Shown here piece by piece: positions 9,597 through 21,929 of a stretch of 64,000 bases of DNA; the first letter of the stretch is position 1, and each line of letters opens with the position of its first letter. The translations under genes were made by a program, and so were the position numbers. Source of the stretch: Alloascoidea hylecoeti (taxonomy: Eukaryota). The stretch lies in NCBI GenBank assembly GCA_001600815.1, contig BCKZ01000007.1, forward strand, positions 496,001 to 560,000, in the 5' to 3' direction. The notes under the pieces were generated by a model. It did no database searches. It had not been told where the DNA came from and was given only the letters and a program-made list of their open reading frames with translations.

Positions 9597-11192
9597 TTAA
9601 AAAGTTCTTACTTTCAGTGGTGAATATTTTAACATATTATATTCAGTTAAATCATAATGTCTATCAACCGGGATTCTATTAGGAATATCTAGACCTTTAT
9701 AAAAGGAATGATCAATAAGGTCATAAAAATATTGATTAGTGATACAATTAACGTTCAAGTTGTTATCCAAATACCAAGTATTTATACCATTTTCTGATGT
9801 TGTTGCAACAGGTGAATTATAACATTGTATTTTTTGAGTTTCTAAATCAATTAAGAAACAAAATGATAGTTTTAATATTTCATAAACTGACATAATAAAT
9901 CTTCCATTTGATTGTTCTGATATTTTGCTCATAATACAATTAGCCGATGGAATATTCAACTCGCCAAAATCGATCAATTGAATCCATGGAATTGGATTGC
10001 TTTGAATATTAAATGTGTTTGATGAATCATTTGTAAATTTCATGGATAAAGTATTCTTTACTTTGTTTATTATATTATGTATTCCTTGAACCCAAATACC
10101 AATTGATGTAAAGAAAAATAAATGTGAAGAATTTGCAACCATTTGATTGTTAAAATCTGAAGGAATAAATGGTATATTCAAATTTCCAATTTCATTACCA
10201 TTATGTATATTCAAAACAGAACAAATCTTTCCTATCAAAATGAATACAAAACTTTCATTAGATGTTAATAATAGAGAATCACCTTTATTTTCGATATTAT
10301 AAGACCAAACATTATCTGATTTTTCATCCAAGCAGATAATTTTATTTTGACTTTTGATGAAACACCACCCTTTTTGTGATTTTAAAAGTCCAGATCCAGT
10401 TACATGATAATGTGGACCATTCGGGTTTGGTTTCCAAATTTGAACCCGATTTTTCGTAATATCATATTTAAAAGTAGAATGTAAAGTACAACCATCTTGA
10501 TTAAGTCTCAAAGCCAATGAACCATCAGTTAATCGATCTGATATTGGATTTATAATTGCCGATTTTGATCTCTTAGAAAGCACTGCAACTCTTAATGGAT
10601 CAAGGACTATATCAAAGCAATTATTGGAATGTTTCTTGTCGATATAATCCCCATTATGGATACCGCATTGAGTAAGCTCTGGAGTTGCATTAGGAGGAAG
10701 ACTTAATAATGAAGAATATTGTTTACTTAAAGATAAAATAGAATCGGGTGTTTTAAACCTTTTACTTTTATCCTTTGAAGTAAAGATAATCTCGGGATGT
10801 TCAATAGCTTTTTTAGCTGATTGAAAAGAAATTTCAAAATATCCTTTCATTAAACTTCTTTCAATTATTCGAGAAATTTCAACTTCTCTTAAATAATATT
10901 TTAATCCGTCAAGAATACAGTTATAGCTTGATGTATCCTCCGATGGCTTTTGTTTTGGCAGAGGCCTAGCTTTAGAAGAGTAACTATTATAATCGGATGA
11001 TGCTATATAATCAAATGGAATGGCTTTCCCATACAGATGAATAGTAGAATATAGCTCTTTACATGTTCTTGATAACGCTGCGTAATGATAAGATGTTGAT
11101 GCTGAATCGTTACTTGTGAAACTAACAATGGTTAACAAAAGTTCAATTGGTAATGATTGAAGTACAATTTTATTCTGACTATTATCTGTCAT
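9597..11192 (-). CDS. F-box protein with uncharacterised, possibly beta-rich C-terminal region
   Basis: N-terminal LQSLPIELLLTIVSF…ALSRTCKELY F-box pattern. Confidence 0.7.
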   Translation of the reverse strand: MTDNSQNKIVLQSLPIELLLTIVSFTSNDSASTSYHYAALSRTCKELYSTIHLYGKAIPFDYIASSDYNSYSSKARPLPKQKPSEDTSSYNCILDGLKYYLREVEISRIIERSLMKGYFEISFQSAKKAIEHPEIIFTSKDKSKRFKTPDSILSLSKQYSSLLSLPPNATPELTQCGIHNGDYIDKKHSNNCFDIVLDPLRVAVLSKRSKSAIINPISDRLTDGSLALRLNQDGCTLHSTFKYDITKNRVQIWKPNPNGPHYHVTGSGLLKSQKGWCFIKSQNKIICLDEKSDNVWSYNIENKGDSLLLTSNESFVFILIGKICSVLNIHNGNEIGNLNIPFIPSDFNNQMVANSSHLFFFTSIGIWVQGIHNIINKVKNTLSMKFTNDSSNTFNIQSNPIPWIQLIDFGELNIPSANCIMSKISEQSNGRFIMSVYEILKLSFCFLIDLETQKIQCYNSPVATTSENGINTWYLDNNLNVNCITNQYFYDLIDHSFYKGLDIPNRIPVDRHYDLTEYNMLKYSPLKVRTF

Positions 11193-11947
11193 TATTAAGA
11201 TTATAAATAAGCTTATTTTATAATAGAAGGATTTCTATGCAAGAGAATATTAGTATCATAACTAATTGTTATGGTTTGATTACAACAAATTAAAATAAAT
11301 GATGACAATGAAAATGAAAATTGACAGTATTGATGCTAAACCTTAAGAAATAATCAAAACTTACCAAATATAAATAGTATCTTTAGCCCAATAAGGGACT
11401 TTGATGTGTTCCAGATCAGACGTTTTCAAATAGTGATAAACGATAATATGAAAAAATCATTGGAAAAAGACTTACTTTATACAATTGCAAATGTAGACTT
11501 GTTTAATCGGAGTCCGCTATTGATGTATACATTGTTATTTGATATATTGTGTACGACAATATATGAGAAAACTTTTACGCCTACATGTACTTGAGGGGTT
11601 TTTTTCACATTAATATTATTGTCTGAAAAACATCTAAATACCACCAGATCTAGATTTGTGCTATAGCAACAATCCCGGCTTACCGACTATATAAACCAAT
11701 TGTTACCGATAACGACTCCTGATTATAACCAATTCACTCACATCAATGGCCCACTGTTTCGGATTTGCCCGGTTACCTCTAGAATATGTGGTAGAGTTGG
11801 AAATTTAGCGTAACTTTTGAGTAAAGTTGATGTGTTATCACGTGACTCTTATCTTTGAGAAATGTGGAAACCTCCAACCTTTTAATGTCTTGAAGCTGCT
11901 GTTGTAGGATGTCCAATTCACATATTCAACAGTTTCTATAAATCAAA

Positions 11948-14191
11948 ATGGTTTCTGAGTTGGAGGCAAGAGATCCCTTATCATCTTTCACACGAACTCC
12001 GTCTCTGCGGCTAGTCCATTTCAACGACGTGTATAACGTCCTTTCTTCTTCTGGCCAGCCGGAAAGGCCGGTTTTAACAAGTTTCCATGAAAAATACCAT
12101 TCGGAGCATAAAGTTCATAGATCAAATAAAGAGTGCATTAGTCACAGTACCGAAAGAAGTAGAAAAAATAGCTATGTTGATACTCGAAGACCGAGTTATG
12201 CTGACCTGACAAAAACTTTAGATCCTGTCCAGGAACAAATTTTAATTGGAAAGAACTGGAAGCAAAATCAGAGTCAGAATCTTAAGTTCGCCGTTATAAA
12301 CGATGATCGTGATGATATTAATCCTCAATTACCGACATTTAAGTGTGATTGCACCTTTGTTGGCGGCCCGTGTCTAGAAGAACACGGCTTAGATCATGGG
12401 GCGCAACCAGAACAATTAAAAAATAATTCTGTAAATGAAGAATCTAAAGAACCAATTGAACACCTTATTGGTGGAGCGTCACGATTTGTTTCATTAATCA
12501 ATGAATATCGTGAAAGACCAACACTATCAACACCGCCTTTAACGGTTTGCTTCTCCGGTGATATTTTCTCTCCGTCATTGGAATCTACATTCAGTCATGG
12601 GAAACATATGCTTAGAATTTTAAAGTTAATCGGTGTCGATGTAGCATGTCTAGGAAATCATGAATTTGATTTTGGTGTTGATCAGTTAAAAGAATTAATG
12701 AAAGGTTGTAACTTTCCATGGCTAGCAAGTAATGTTACAATGGGTACTAAAGATGGCCCTGCTTTAGCAGATGCTGGAAAATACCATATTCAAATCATTA
12801 ATGGTATTAAAATTGGTTATATGGGTTTAATTGAAGAAGAATGGCTTGAAACAGTTCCTGTATTACCTCCCAATATTGTATATCAAGATTTTGTTGAAAT
12901 TGGTTTACAATATTCAAATTTCTTACGATATGAGAAAGGTTGTGATATGATTATTTGTTTAACTCATATGAGAGAACATAATGATATTAAATTAGCTGAA
13001 TCATTACCAAGAAATACTTTTGATTTGATTCTAGGTGGTCATGATCATTTTTATTCTCATTTATATAGAAATGGTGTTAATATTTTATGTTCCGGTACTG
13101 ATTTTAGAAATTTAACATATATTGAAGCATTTAAAGATTTTGAATCAAACACAAATTTTCAAAAATGGCATTTTACATTTAGGAGACGTGATATAACTGA
13201 AGAAATTCAACCAGATTTAGAAACTGAAATTTATGTTAAATCATTTACAAAAGAAATTGAAAAAAGTTTAAATATTCAAGTTGGTTATTCATATAGTGAT
13301 CTTGAAACAAGATTTAATAAAGTCAGAACAGAAGAAACAAATTTTGGAAATTTTGTTTGTGATTTTTTATGTTATTTTTTTAAATCTGAAATATCATTAA
13401 TACCTGGTGGTACTTTTCGATCAGATCGAGTTTTCAATAAAGGAATTGTTTATCTTAAAACATTTGCTTTATGTTTCCCGTATGAAGATCCTCATGTTGT
13501 TTTAAGAATACCTGGTTCAAAAATTATAAGATTTTTGGAAAATTCAGTTAGTAGATTACCTGCTATGGATGGTAGATTTTCACAAATTGGTGGAGGACTA
13601 AGATTTAAGTATACATTAGCTGATCATAAAAATAAGATTCCTGCTAAAATTTTATCAGTTACAATTAATGGAGAACCTTTAGATTTGACAAAAAAATATA
13701 GTGTTTTAACTAGAGGTTATACTGCAAAGGGTAAAGATGGTTATGATTGTTTAGTAAACGATGATAATATGACAGAAGATGAAAAAATAATTGAAATTAA
13801 TCCATTCATGGATGAAAATGGTAATGTTCCAACTCCAAATCATGATCTAAGAACTGTTCCTCTAAGAGATTTATTATGGCATTATTTAATTGTTTCAAAA
13901 AGAGCGTCAGAATTATTAACACCACTAACTTTTCAAAACGATAGTGAAACGAATTGTACCAAAATAATGAATTATTTAGAAAAAGAATTGGAAAAAGAAT
14001 ATAACTTAAAAGATAAACCAAATGTAAATGCAGAAGATTTAAGTTATAATCGTTGTATTGAAGTGGTTTTAATACTATGTAAACAAAGAATATTAGCATT
14101 GGAGAAAAATGGCGGATTAGAAAACGGTTTTAGATATAAAGAATTGGTACGATTTGACCCCCAAATAGATGGTCGTATTGAAGTCAATTAA
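11948..14191 (+). CDS. 5'-nucleotidase family metallophosphoesterase, no signal peptide
   Basis: HFNDVY, SGDIFSPS, LGNHEFDFG, LTH, LILGGHDH, ETNFGNFVCD, DGRFSQIGG. Confidence 0.9.
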   Translation: MVSELEARDPLSSFTRTPSLRLVHFNDVYNVLSSSGQPERPVLTSFHEKYHSEHKVHRSNKECISHSTERSRKNSYVDTRRPSYADLTKTLDPVQEQILIGKNWKQNQSQNLKFAVINDDRDDINPQLPTFKCDCTFVGGPCLEEHGLDHGAQPEQLKNNSVNEESKEPIEHLIGGASRFVSLINEYRERPTLSTPPLTVCFSGDIFSPSLESTFSHGKHMLRILKLIGVDVACLGNHEFDFGVDQLKELMKGCNFPWLASNVTMGTKDGPALADAGKYHIQIINGIKIGYMGLIEEEWLETVPVLPPNIVYQDFVEIGLQYSNFLRYEKGCDMIICLTHMREHNDIKLAESLPRNTFDLILGGHDHFYSHLYRNGVNILCSGTDFRNLTYIEAFKDFESNTNFQKWHFTFRRRDITEEIQPDLETEIYVKSFTKEIEKSLNIQVGYSYSDLETRFNKVRTEETNFGNFVCDFLCYFFKSEISLIPGGTFRSDRVFNKGIVYLKTFALCFPYEDPHVVLRIPGSKIIRFLENSVSRLPAMDGRFSQIGGGLRFKYTLADHKNKIPAKILSVTINGEPLDLTKKYSVLTRGYTAKGKDGYDCLVNDDNMTEDEKIIEINPFMDENGNVPTPNHDLRTVPLRDLLWHYLIVSKRASELLTPLTFQNDSETNCTKIMNYLEKELEKEYNLKDKPNVNAEDLSYNRCIEVVLILCKQRILALEKNGGLENGFRYKELVRFDPQIDGRIEVN

Positions 14192-15639
14192 TTCTTATAA
14201 ATATAAAAATTATACATAGATTTATACATTAACTTGAATATATATTACTTTGTCTTGGAATTGATCTACATTTTTTAATTGTACTATGATAAAATCAAGG
14301 CTTATCTTATAATTATGTAATGGTGTGACCTGACCGATTTTCACTATTAATGGTTATATGCATTGTTCATATCATAGCTATAGTATCATTTCCAAATCTC
14401 ATGCACACTTGAATCTTTTACAACTTCAGGCGATGATTAACTTGCAATTTTTATGGTAGTTAGATTTAGAAACATTTCTAACGATCGAGTTTTCTTTGGA
14501 CTATACGGTATAACTCATATGCCTGACAAGATATATAAAAACATTCGAGATTATCGAAACTTGTCATGACAATCTTTTGGTTCTTTGTATTATCTCAGTA
14601 TTATCTCAGTATTAACAGTAACTACAATCTGAGCATAAAACATTTTCTTATTAAGTTTGTAGATATTGATTATTACGTTTAGAAATTATTCGGATTCCCT
14701 TTTACTAACTGTCCCATATATAAGTACATCTGAGTAGAAATTTAGAAGTTTAAAATTACAAAAAATACAAATTATACCGGTATGCCATATAATTTAAAAA
14801 AATACAAAATAAAAATCAATGCATAAAAATATAGTAGAAAAAAAAGGCCTCATTCTAACTTGTAATTGAAGTATAATATAATCATCTTCATTATTAATTT
14901 TACCAGTAGTGAATGATCAAAAGACACCTCACCTTTTGGTATTAAATGTATTAGATTGTTAAAATTAAATTAAAACGAATAATTATGATTAAAATTTAAA
15001 AATATAATTAATAAAATGTGAATTTAAATTTAAATTTTAAATTTTATAAATAAATGAGATGAATATAATATAATGTAAATATAAAATGCCATATAATTTT
15101 TTATTTTATAAAACTCGATATATAGAGGATGTATAAAACACGATAGAATAAAAGTAATTAAAAAAATATTACTATAGAATAATTGAGTTTTAAAAAAAAT
15201 GATATAAGATTAATCTATTGTATGATAAATAAGAGTGAGTGTATAGAGAAAAACAACAAATAAAAAGAAGAATGTAACAGAAAAATTGCAATGTTTATCA
15301 TTTATGTATGCGCTTTGAAATTTAATGTGACGAAATAGCCATTTATTTTATATTTCCAAGCTTTATAATTGACTGAATAAAAGAGCTAATGAGAACGTCA
15401 TTGATTTATGGGTGTCGTATTTAATTCAAGATAACAACATAATATATATATTGCTATCATCAAGATTAATCAATCAAAGGCAAACTTAAGATAAGAATGA
15501 AAATTTTAAATAAGATAAATTAAATTAAAACAAAACAAAACAGAACAAAACAAAAATGGGAAACAGAAATAGAAGTGATGAAATTGTTCTGGAATTTCTT
15601 TGTTTTGAATAATGATTGTAGATCATGATCGCTTATTTG

Positions 15640-15713
15640 AAATGGAATGGAATGAAGTAGAATGAAGTAGAATGAATTGAAAATGGAATGAAGTAAGCGA
15701 GAATGAAAATGAA
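15640..15713. repeat. GAATG-based simple repeat (GAATG/GAATGAAGTA) just past the RPN4 stop
   Basis: Direct reading of the sequence. Confidence 0.6.
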
Positions 15714-17264
15714 TCATTTTGACATTTCAATATATTCAACATTATCTTTTGCATCTTTTAACACTTTAATAGCAACATCACCAGATAAATTATGTTTAAC
15801 TCTTAAATGCCTACTTAAAGCATCACCCCTTGAAAAAGTTTTTGGAGCATTACTACCATTTGCTCTATTTTCTTCTTCACATAATTTACATCTATAAATT
15901 TTTTTCTTTGATGCATGTACTGTTTCTTGATGCCGTATTAAATCATATGGTCTAGAGAATTGTTTTAAACATACTTTTTTAGTCGATGAATTTATCATTT
16001 GACAAATGTGTTGAGAATTACCATAAATTGAATTTGAAGAGATTTGAGGAATTTTTTTTTCAGAAACGATTGGTGAGGATGTGCTTGTTGAGGTACTTGG
16101 AGTACCAAACCGTTCTTTTGGCCAACGAGGTTGTGATTGTATAATATTTTGTTGCTTTTTTGTAATACGTACATTTCTTCCATTAACTATAGGAGGAGAT
16201 AAACTTGATAAAGAACCACCTCGTCGGTGAGAATAACTAGTTGGAGGCTTAATAATTGGAGGATTTGCGCTTCCTTCACGTGTAGTACTTGGAGTATATA
16301 AATCATCATCATCAGCATCTTCCTCATCATCTAAACTCATTGAAGAATCTGATGTCTCCGATAAATCATCTAATAAATCAAATTCATCATCTTCATCATC
16401 AGATAAATCTTCATCCATTGGTTCGGGAGAATCATAAGGTTCATTAATATTTTCTTGATAATTATTAAATTTTGTAATTGTATTTGGCCAAACAAAAATT
16501 GAATTTGAGTCACCTCTTTTTTCTTGTAAATTAAATAGATCTTGTTTATCATACTGCGGCATTAAATCCTCATTAAAGTTTAAATGAGCATCCTTCGGAC
16601 TAAACGTTTGGGATGTTGGAGATATAAAAGTATAAGGCATTAACTTCCTTTCAAGACCAAAATCCGGAGTTTCACATAATTGTGGTTCAAACTCACGCAC
16701 ATTATATATTTCATCTAATATATCATAATCCTCGTCATAGTCATAATCATAATCATCATAAAAAGATGAATATTTTGTAAAAGGGGAAACATAAGACAGG
16801 ATATTATTATTATGATGATCTACCATTCCATTTAATGTGTGAGATGTGGATTCTTCTAATTCAGGGATAGGAGTAGCGAATAAGGAGTTATTGGTAGGAT
16901 GGGCTGTTGTTTCATTGTTGTCCTCTTCAGAATCTGTACATAAGAAATCGTGTGCATGCACCATTTCGCTATCGGCTTGTGATTGGATGGGTTCAATGTC
17001 ACCATTTGGGATATGTGCTAAAGAAGCTGTTGAACAGAGAGGACTCCCCCTTGGAGTTGATTTTGGAGTCCCTTTTGGAGTTCCCTTGAGAGACGATTTT
17101 GTAGAATGTTGACGATGTTCATTTTCGAAGGGGTATAGCTCGTCCTCCATGACGTCCGTGAGGGTTCTCCGGAGGGTCGGGAAATTGAGGTTGCTGTTCA
17201 GGTTGTTTCCAGACGATTTCAATTCATCTGAAAGTGAAATAAGGTTTTTTTTGATGGATGTCAT
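15714..17264 (-). CDS. RPN4: C2H2 zinc-finger transcription activator of proteasome genes
   Basis: LRRTLTD N-terminal motif, acidic middle, C-terminal CLKQFSRPYDLIRHQETVH and KTFSRGDALSRHLRVKH. Confidence 0.88.
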   Translation of the reverse strand: MTSIKKNLISLSDELKSSGNNLNSNLNFPTLRRTLTDVMEDELYPFENEHRQHSTKSSLKGTPKGTPKSTPRGSPLCSTASLAHIPNGDIEPIQSQADSEMVHAHDFLCTDSEEDNNETTAHPTNNSLFATPIPELEESTSHTLNGMVDHHNNNILSYVSPFTKYSSFYDDYDYDYDEDYDILDEIYNVREFEPQLCETPDFGLERKLMPYTFISPTSQTFSPKDAHLNFNEDLMPQYDKQDLFNLQEKRGDSNSIFVWPNTITKFNNYQENINEPYDSPEPMDEDLSDDEDDEFDLLDDLSETSDSSMSLDDEEDADDDDLYTPSTTREGSANPPIIKPPTSYSHRRGGSLSSLSPPIVNGRNVRITKKQQNIIQSQPRWPKERFGTPSTSTSTSSPIVSEKKIPQISSNSIYGNSQHICQMINSSTKKVCLKQFSRPYDLIRHQETVHASKKKIYRCKLCEEENRANGSNAPKTFSRGDALSRHLRVKHNLSGDVAIKVLKDAKDNVEYIEMSK

Positions 17265-17517
17265 TTTGTGAATATGAAGGAAGGAAAAAGAGAATTCGAA
17301 GAAAAGAGAAGGGAATAGAAGGGAGGGATCAAATTAAGTACTAAACGCCGAAAAGTGCGAATAAAAATGACTGCAGCCTGCGGAAACTTCGACTAAAGCT
17401 GCGGAAATAATTATGTATTCTGACGAAATGTGACTAAATATTGCGAAATACGACAAAATCACCGGAAACTTCACTGAAAAGAAGAAGAAATTAGAAATAT
17501 AATACGGTGCTTAGTCT

Positions 17518-18234
17518 CTATTTATAATACTCATAATCAGCCACTTTTAACAACATATCTCCGCTGCCATCAGATTCGACCCGAATACCCGTCAAATCGC
17601 GAACAATCACATCTGCCCCAGCCGATTTCAGAACCTCCACATTATACGAACTTAAAATACCAACCACCAGCGATCCTGCTTTTTTCCCGGCGCGGATTCC
17701 TGCTGGCGCATCTTCGAACACAACGGTCTTATCGGCGCGTGAGTAGCCCATCAACTCACGTCCCATTATGTACCCACTAGGGTCCGGCTTGCCTCGGCCA
17801 ACCTTCTCGGCGGTGACGAAAACTTTTGGCTCTTGAAGTTTTAATCTTTTTAACCATCTAGTTGCCAACGGAATATTCCCACTCGTCACGATACACCATC
17901 TTTGCTTTCCGTCTTTACTGACCGCTTCAATTTGGTTTATAAGTTCAACTGATCCAGGAACTGCCTTGGCCTTAGTTCCATATTTTATCGGGATCTCTCC
18001 TTCTAATCGTGTGTGTTCTTCAATATCAACATGATATTCGGATGCATATTGTGAAATTATATCAACTGATCTTACCCCATGACAAATTCGAAGAATACTT
18101 TCCAGATCCACCGTCGGTTTATCCTTTACAAAATCTTTCCAGAATTCTGTAACTGCATCCGTTGAGTTAACAATTGTTCCGTCAAGATCAAATAATGCTG
18201 CTTTAATAGGAATTGTTTTTATTTCTTTAGTCAT
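17518..18234 (-). CDS. GPP1: HAD-superfamily phosphatase, glycerol-3-phosphatase / 2-deoxyglucose-6-phosphatase (GPP/DOG) family
   Basis: ALFDLDGT, LEGEIPIKYG, TSG, GKPDP, VVFEDAPAGI; GPP versus DOG assignment uncertain. Confidence 0.7.
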   Translation of the reverse strand: MTKEIKTIPIKAALFDLDGTIVNSTDAVTEFWKDFVKDKPTVDLESILRICHGVRSVDIISQYASEYHVDIEEHTRLEGEIPIKYGTKAKAVPGSVELINQIEAVSKDGKQRWCIVTSGNIPLATRWLKRLKLQEPKVFVTAEKVGRGKPDPSGYIMGRELMGYSRADKTVVFEDAPAGIRAGKKAGSLVVGILSSYNVEVLKSAGADVIVRDLTGIRVESDGSGDMLLKVADYEYYK

Positions 18235-19187
18235 TTTGAATAGACATCGGAAGTCTTTGGACTTGGGATATTTATAGAGTTATTAAGGTAGTATTAATGC
18301 TTGTATGACAGTGCTTATATGGCAATTTATCCGGATCAATTGCAGTTTACATTAAATTATTATTATTTATCAGTAACTGGTGATGTCAATATTACCCAAG
18401 TACAAATCTCTCGTTAGTCCATCCAATTAGGTTGTACCGGTATAACCATTATTTAATTACTTGAGACGGTCTCTAAAAAATTTTAAGATAATTTCACAGA
18501 ATTGGGTGTATATAATAGAAAATCTACACGTACCGAGATAAGATATATTAATATGATGTATTATACAATTACACGTTTTAGCCTAGGAATAACTCGTCAT
18601 TATGAATCATCTGCACAACAGCGCTATCATAATCGATTATTCAGACATTGTTTATGAACCTTTTATGTATCATTGCTAGCTTTACAGCAACAATAATGAA
18701 TCTGATAGCTTTTTATTTCGCTTGATTGTATATGTAAGTTATGAAATATAGCCACCTTATGTTACACGATAAGTTATGGCGCTATGGCAATTTATAATTA
18801 TACTTTTCAATTGTTAACGATCATTGCTCTATGGATCAAGGAAGACAGGGTCCTTACTTGTTAAACGTTGTACCTGACAGTTTAACTCGGGATGTATGAT
18901 GTTTACCTATAACATGAGACAATTGCAAACGTTAACCGAATTTCTTAAAAATCGGAATATAATCCTAAAGTAAAGTAATATTCTTTTTTTATTTGAATTA
19001 CAATCAATAGTCGGTATTTAATTTGTCCCATTATTGGACATTATTGGATATTGATTAAGTTAATTCTCAATCATGATTCTTTTAGTTTTTGCGGGGATAG
19101 TTGGTGTTACACGTGCATTTGATGATTTTGAGCAAACATATGAAACCTCCTCATTTTTCAAAGCTTTTCTTTTAACCATCTTACATA

Positions 19188-20504
19188 ATGTCAAAATCAA
19201 CTCAGTTGGAAACATTTGGTGATTTGATCCCTTATTGTGATCCAAGTTGGTTTCAAGGTCATCATACCGCCTACTTTAATGAAAATCATGCCGCCTTTCG
19301 TGCTGAAGTTAATAAATGGGTATCTGAAGTAATCGAACCAAATATTGAAGAATGGGAAGAAGAAGAAGTTATACCATCACATGTCTATAAACAAATGGGC
19401 ACTCGTGGTTATCTCGCTGGAATGTTAGATGGTCCTTATCCAACTCAATATACAAATTGTAAAGTTGAATCTGTTTCTCCTCAAAATTGGAATGCTTTAT
19501 ATGAATATATTTTAATTGATGAAATTTCTAGAGTTGGTGCAAGTGGTGTTATGGGTAGTTTAATTAGTGGTTATCAAATTAGTGTTCCATTAATTTATAG
19601 ATTTGGTCCAGAAGCTTTAAAAAAGAGAATTTTACCTAATATATTAAATGGTGATAAAAGAAGTTGTCTTTGTATTACTGAACCTGATGCTGGTTCAGAT
19701 GTTGCAAATATAAATGCAAGTGCTGTTAAAACTGATGATGGGAAATTTTATATCGTTAATGGTGAAAAAAAATGGATTACAAATGGTGTATTTTCTGATT
19801 ATTTCTTAGTTGCTGTAAGAACTGGACCTCCAAATTCAGGAATGAATGGAATTTCAATGCTATTATTAGAAAAGGATTCAATGCCTGGTATAACAACAAG
19901 AAAAATGAGTGTTATGGGTGGTTTCATGTCTGGGACGACTTATGTTACTTTTGAAGATGTTAAAGTACCTGTTGAAAATTTAATTGGTATTGAAAATCAA
20001 GGATTTAAATCTGTAATGTCAAATTTTAATCATGAAAGATTGGGAATTGCAATTTCTGGTATTAGAAATTCAAGAGTTTGTCTTGAAGAATCAATTAAAT
20101 ATGCTCATAAACGTAAAACTTTTGGTAAAAAATTGATTGAGCATGATGTAATTAGAAATAAAATTGCTCAAATGTCAATACGTTGTGAAGCTGGTTCACA
20201 ATGGTTAGAAAATATTATTTATCAATTATCTAAAATGTCACATGAGGAATCATCTTTAAGATTAGGTGGTCATATTGCTGGTTTAAAAGCTTTTGTTACT
20301 CAAACTTTTGAATTTTGTGCAAGAGAAGCTTCTCAAATATTTGGTGGTTTAAGTTATACAAAAGGAGGACAAGGTGGTAAAATTGAAAGATTGTATAGAG
20401 AAGTTCGATTTTATGCTATTCCTGGTGGATCTGAGGAGATTATGTTGGACTTATCTGTTAGACAGGCCTTAAAAGTTCATGCGAAGCTTGGTGCAAAATT
20501 ATAG
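19188..20504 (+). CDS. Peroxisomal acyl-CoA dehydrogenase
   Basis: CLCITEPDAGSDV, NGEKKWITNG, NFNHERLGIA, QIFGGLSY, IPGGSEEIM; C-terminal PTS1 -AKL. Confidence 0.92.
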   Translation: MSKSTQLETFGDLIPYCDPSWFQGHHTAYFNENHAAFRAEVNKWVSEVIEPNIEEWEEEEVIPSHVYKQMGTRGYLAGMLDGPYPTQYTNCKVESVSPQNWNALYEYILIDEISRVGASGVMGSLISGYQISVPLIYRFGPEALKKRILPNILNGDKRSCLCITEPDAGSDVANINASAVKTDDGKFYIVNGEKKWITNGVFSDYFLVAVRTGPPNSGMNGISMLLLEKDSMPGITTRKMSVMGGFMSGTTYVTFEDVKVPVENLIGIENQGFKSVMSNFNHERLGIAISGIRNSRVCLEESIKYAHKRKTFGKKLIEHDVIRNKIAQMSIRCEAGSQWLENIIYQLSKMSHEESSLRLGGHIAGLKAFVTQTFEFCAREASQIFGGLSYTKGGQGGKIERLYREVRFYAIPGGSEEIMLDLSVRQALKVHAKLGAKL

Positions 20505-21561
20505 TATTACTATTATAAGAAGAGATCACTATATAAAATGAATATCACAATTGTTACTCCATATACAAAATAAATATAAATATGTAGTAAAACGGAACGG
20601 AACATATCTTTAATATAATTGCATTGATCAATATATCTTTCACTTCTTATCCTACCTTTCCTCATTTCAAATGTTATACCGGTACAGCTACTACTACACC
20701 TACGTAAATGAAGTAATATCGTACTTTTGTCAATATAGTAAACAATTGCAACACAATCTTATAAAACAGTTGACGGATATCTACTCAATATTGCAATGGA
20801 TCATATGATACGTGTGTGCCAAATATTGACAGCCAGAAGATTTGACACCTACGAGTAGACAATACTAGACATGCAAACTTAACACACCCATATGAATATT
20901 CTCATATACCAAGCAAGGTAATGTGTAATCATGATCAATTGCAATATGGAGAGCAACATCAATATACTGATAAGTTATAACACTTTCACAATTGAGCGCC
21001 TAATGATTCAACAACGTGAGACTCGAGTTACTCAACCCTCCAGGCTTCACACATGAAGTCTAATCATCGTTCAGAATCAATTGCAAGAATCTCACCAGCT
21101 AACTGATATTAAAGCGATTAATATCTAAACTTATCTATTCACATCTCATTTAATTTTACCATTTTCTTTTTGGATCTAAGAAATGAAAAAAAAAATTGGT
21201 GATTTAGCGACAGGTCCGTGGTGACTAACACCTACATGTATTTAGAAGGAAATCCATTTATGAACAAAGAAGATGCATTTTCTAAATAGGACGGGACCCC
21301 TTTAAGGATACGTTCGGGGTAGATCATATCCACTAACTCTCATAATGTTGGCTTAGGCTTAATATTCAAATTTTTTGTTTCATCATTTTATTATAAATTA
21401 TACTAATCTACAAGAGGATAAAAAAAATTATTGAATAATTTTATATAATAACGGTTTAAATATCTGTGCGGTAAAACCAATATCCAATTTTTTCTTTTCA
21501 TAGAGTCATAAGACCCAATTTTGGGGGAAGGGGGGCATTACAAATAATGTGCAAAAAGTGA

Positions 21562-21660
21562 GGGCTCAACCGGGAATTGAACCCGGGACCTCTCGCAAAC
21601 TATAAATAGTACTTAGAGTTATTGCCCTAAGCGAGAATTATACCACTAAACCATCGAGCC
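21562..21660 (-). tRNA. tRNA-Pro(AGG) with 27-nt intron (21598-21624)
   Basis: GGCTCGA/TTGAGCC acceptor stem, CTCGC-TTAGGG^T-GCGAG anticodon arm, GGTTCAATTCC T-arm, T-run downstream. Confidence 0.95.
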
Positions 21661-21929
21661 ATTTTTACACGGGCCACTTCAGAAACTGATAAGCTAGGTT
21701 TAATAGTAACTCCGGTAATCCAAAGTTAAAAAAAAAATCCAAACAATAAGTTTAAAAGAGATTAATTACATACTTGAAAGCGTGGAGGATCATAATAAAT
21801 AACACAAAAAAAAAGAAATATTTTAACTACTGAAATGATACCAAAATTGACAAATGAAGCGTTACAAAAACTGGTGGAAAACCCAGAAGGAGAAGATATC
21901 GAAAAAGAATAAAAGTTAGATTTGAATGA

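Noticed and set aside
20780..21120. Moderately GC-rich intergenic stretch with small hairpins
   Set aside because: No ORF, RNA motif or second copy recognised
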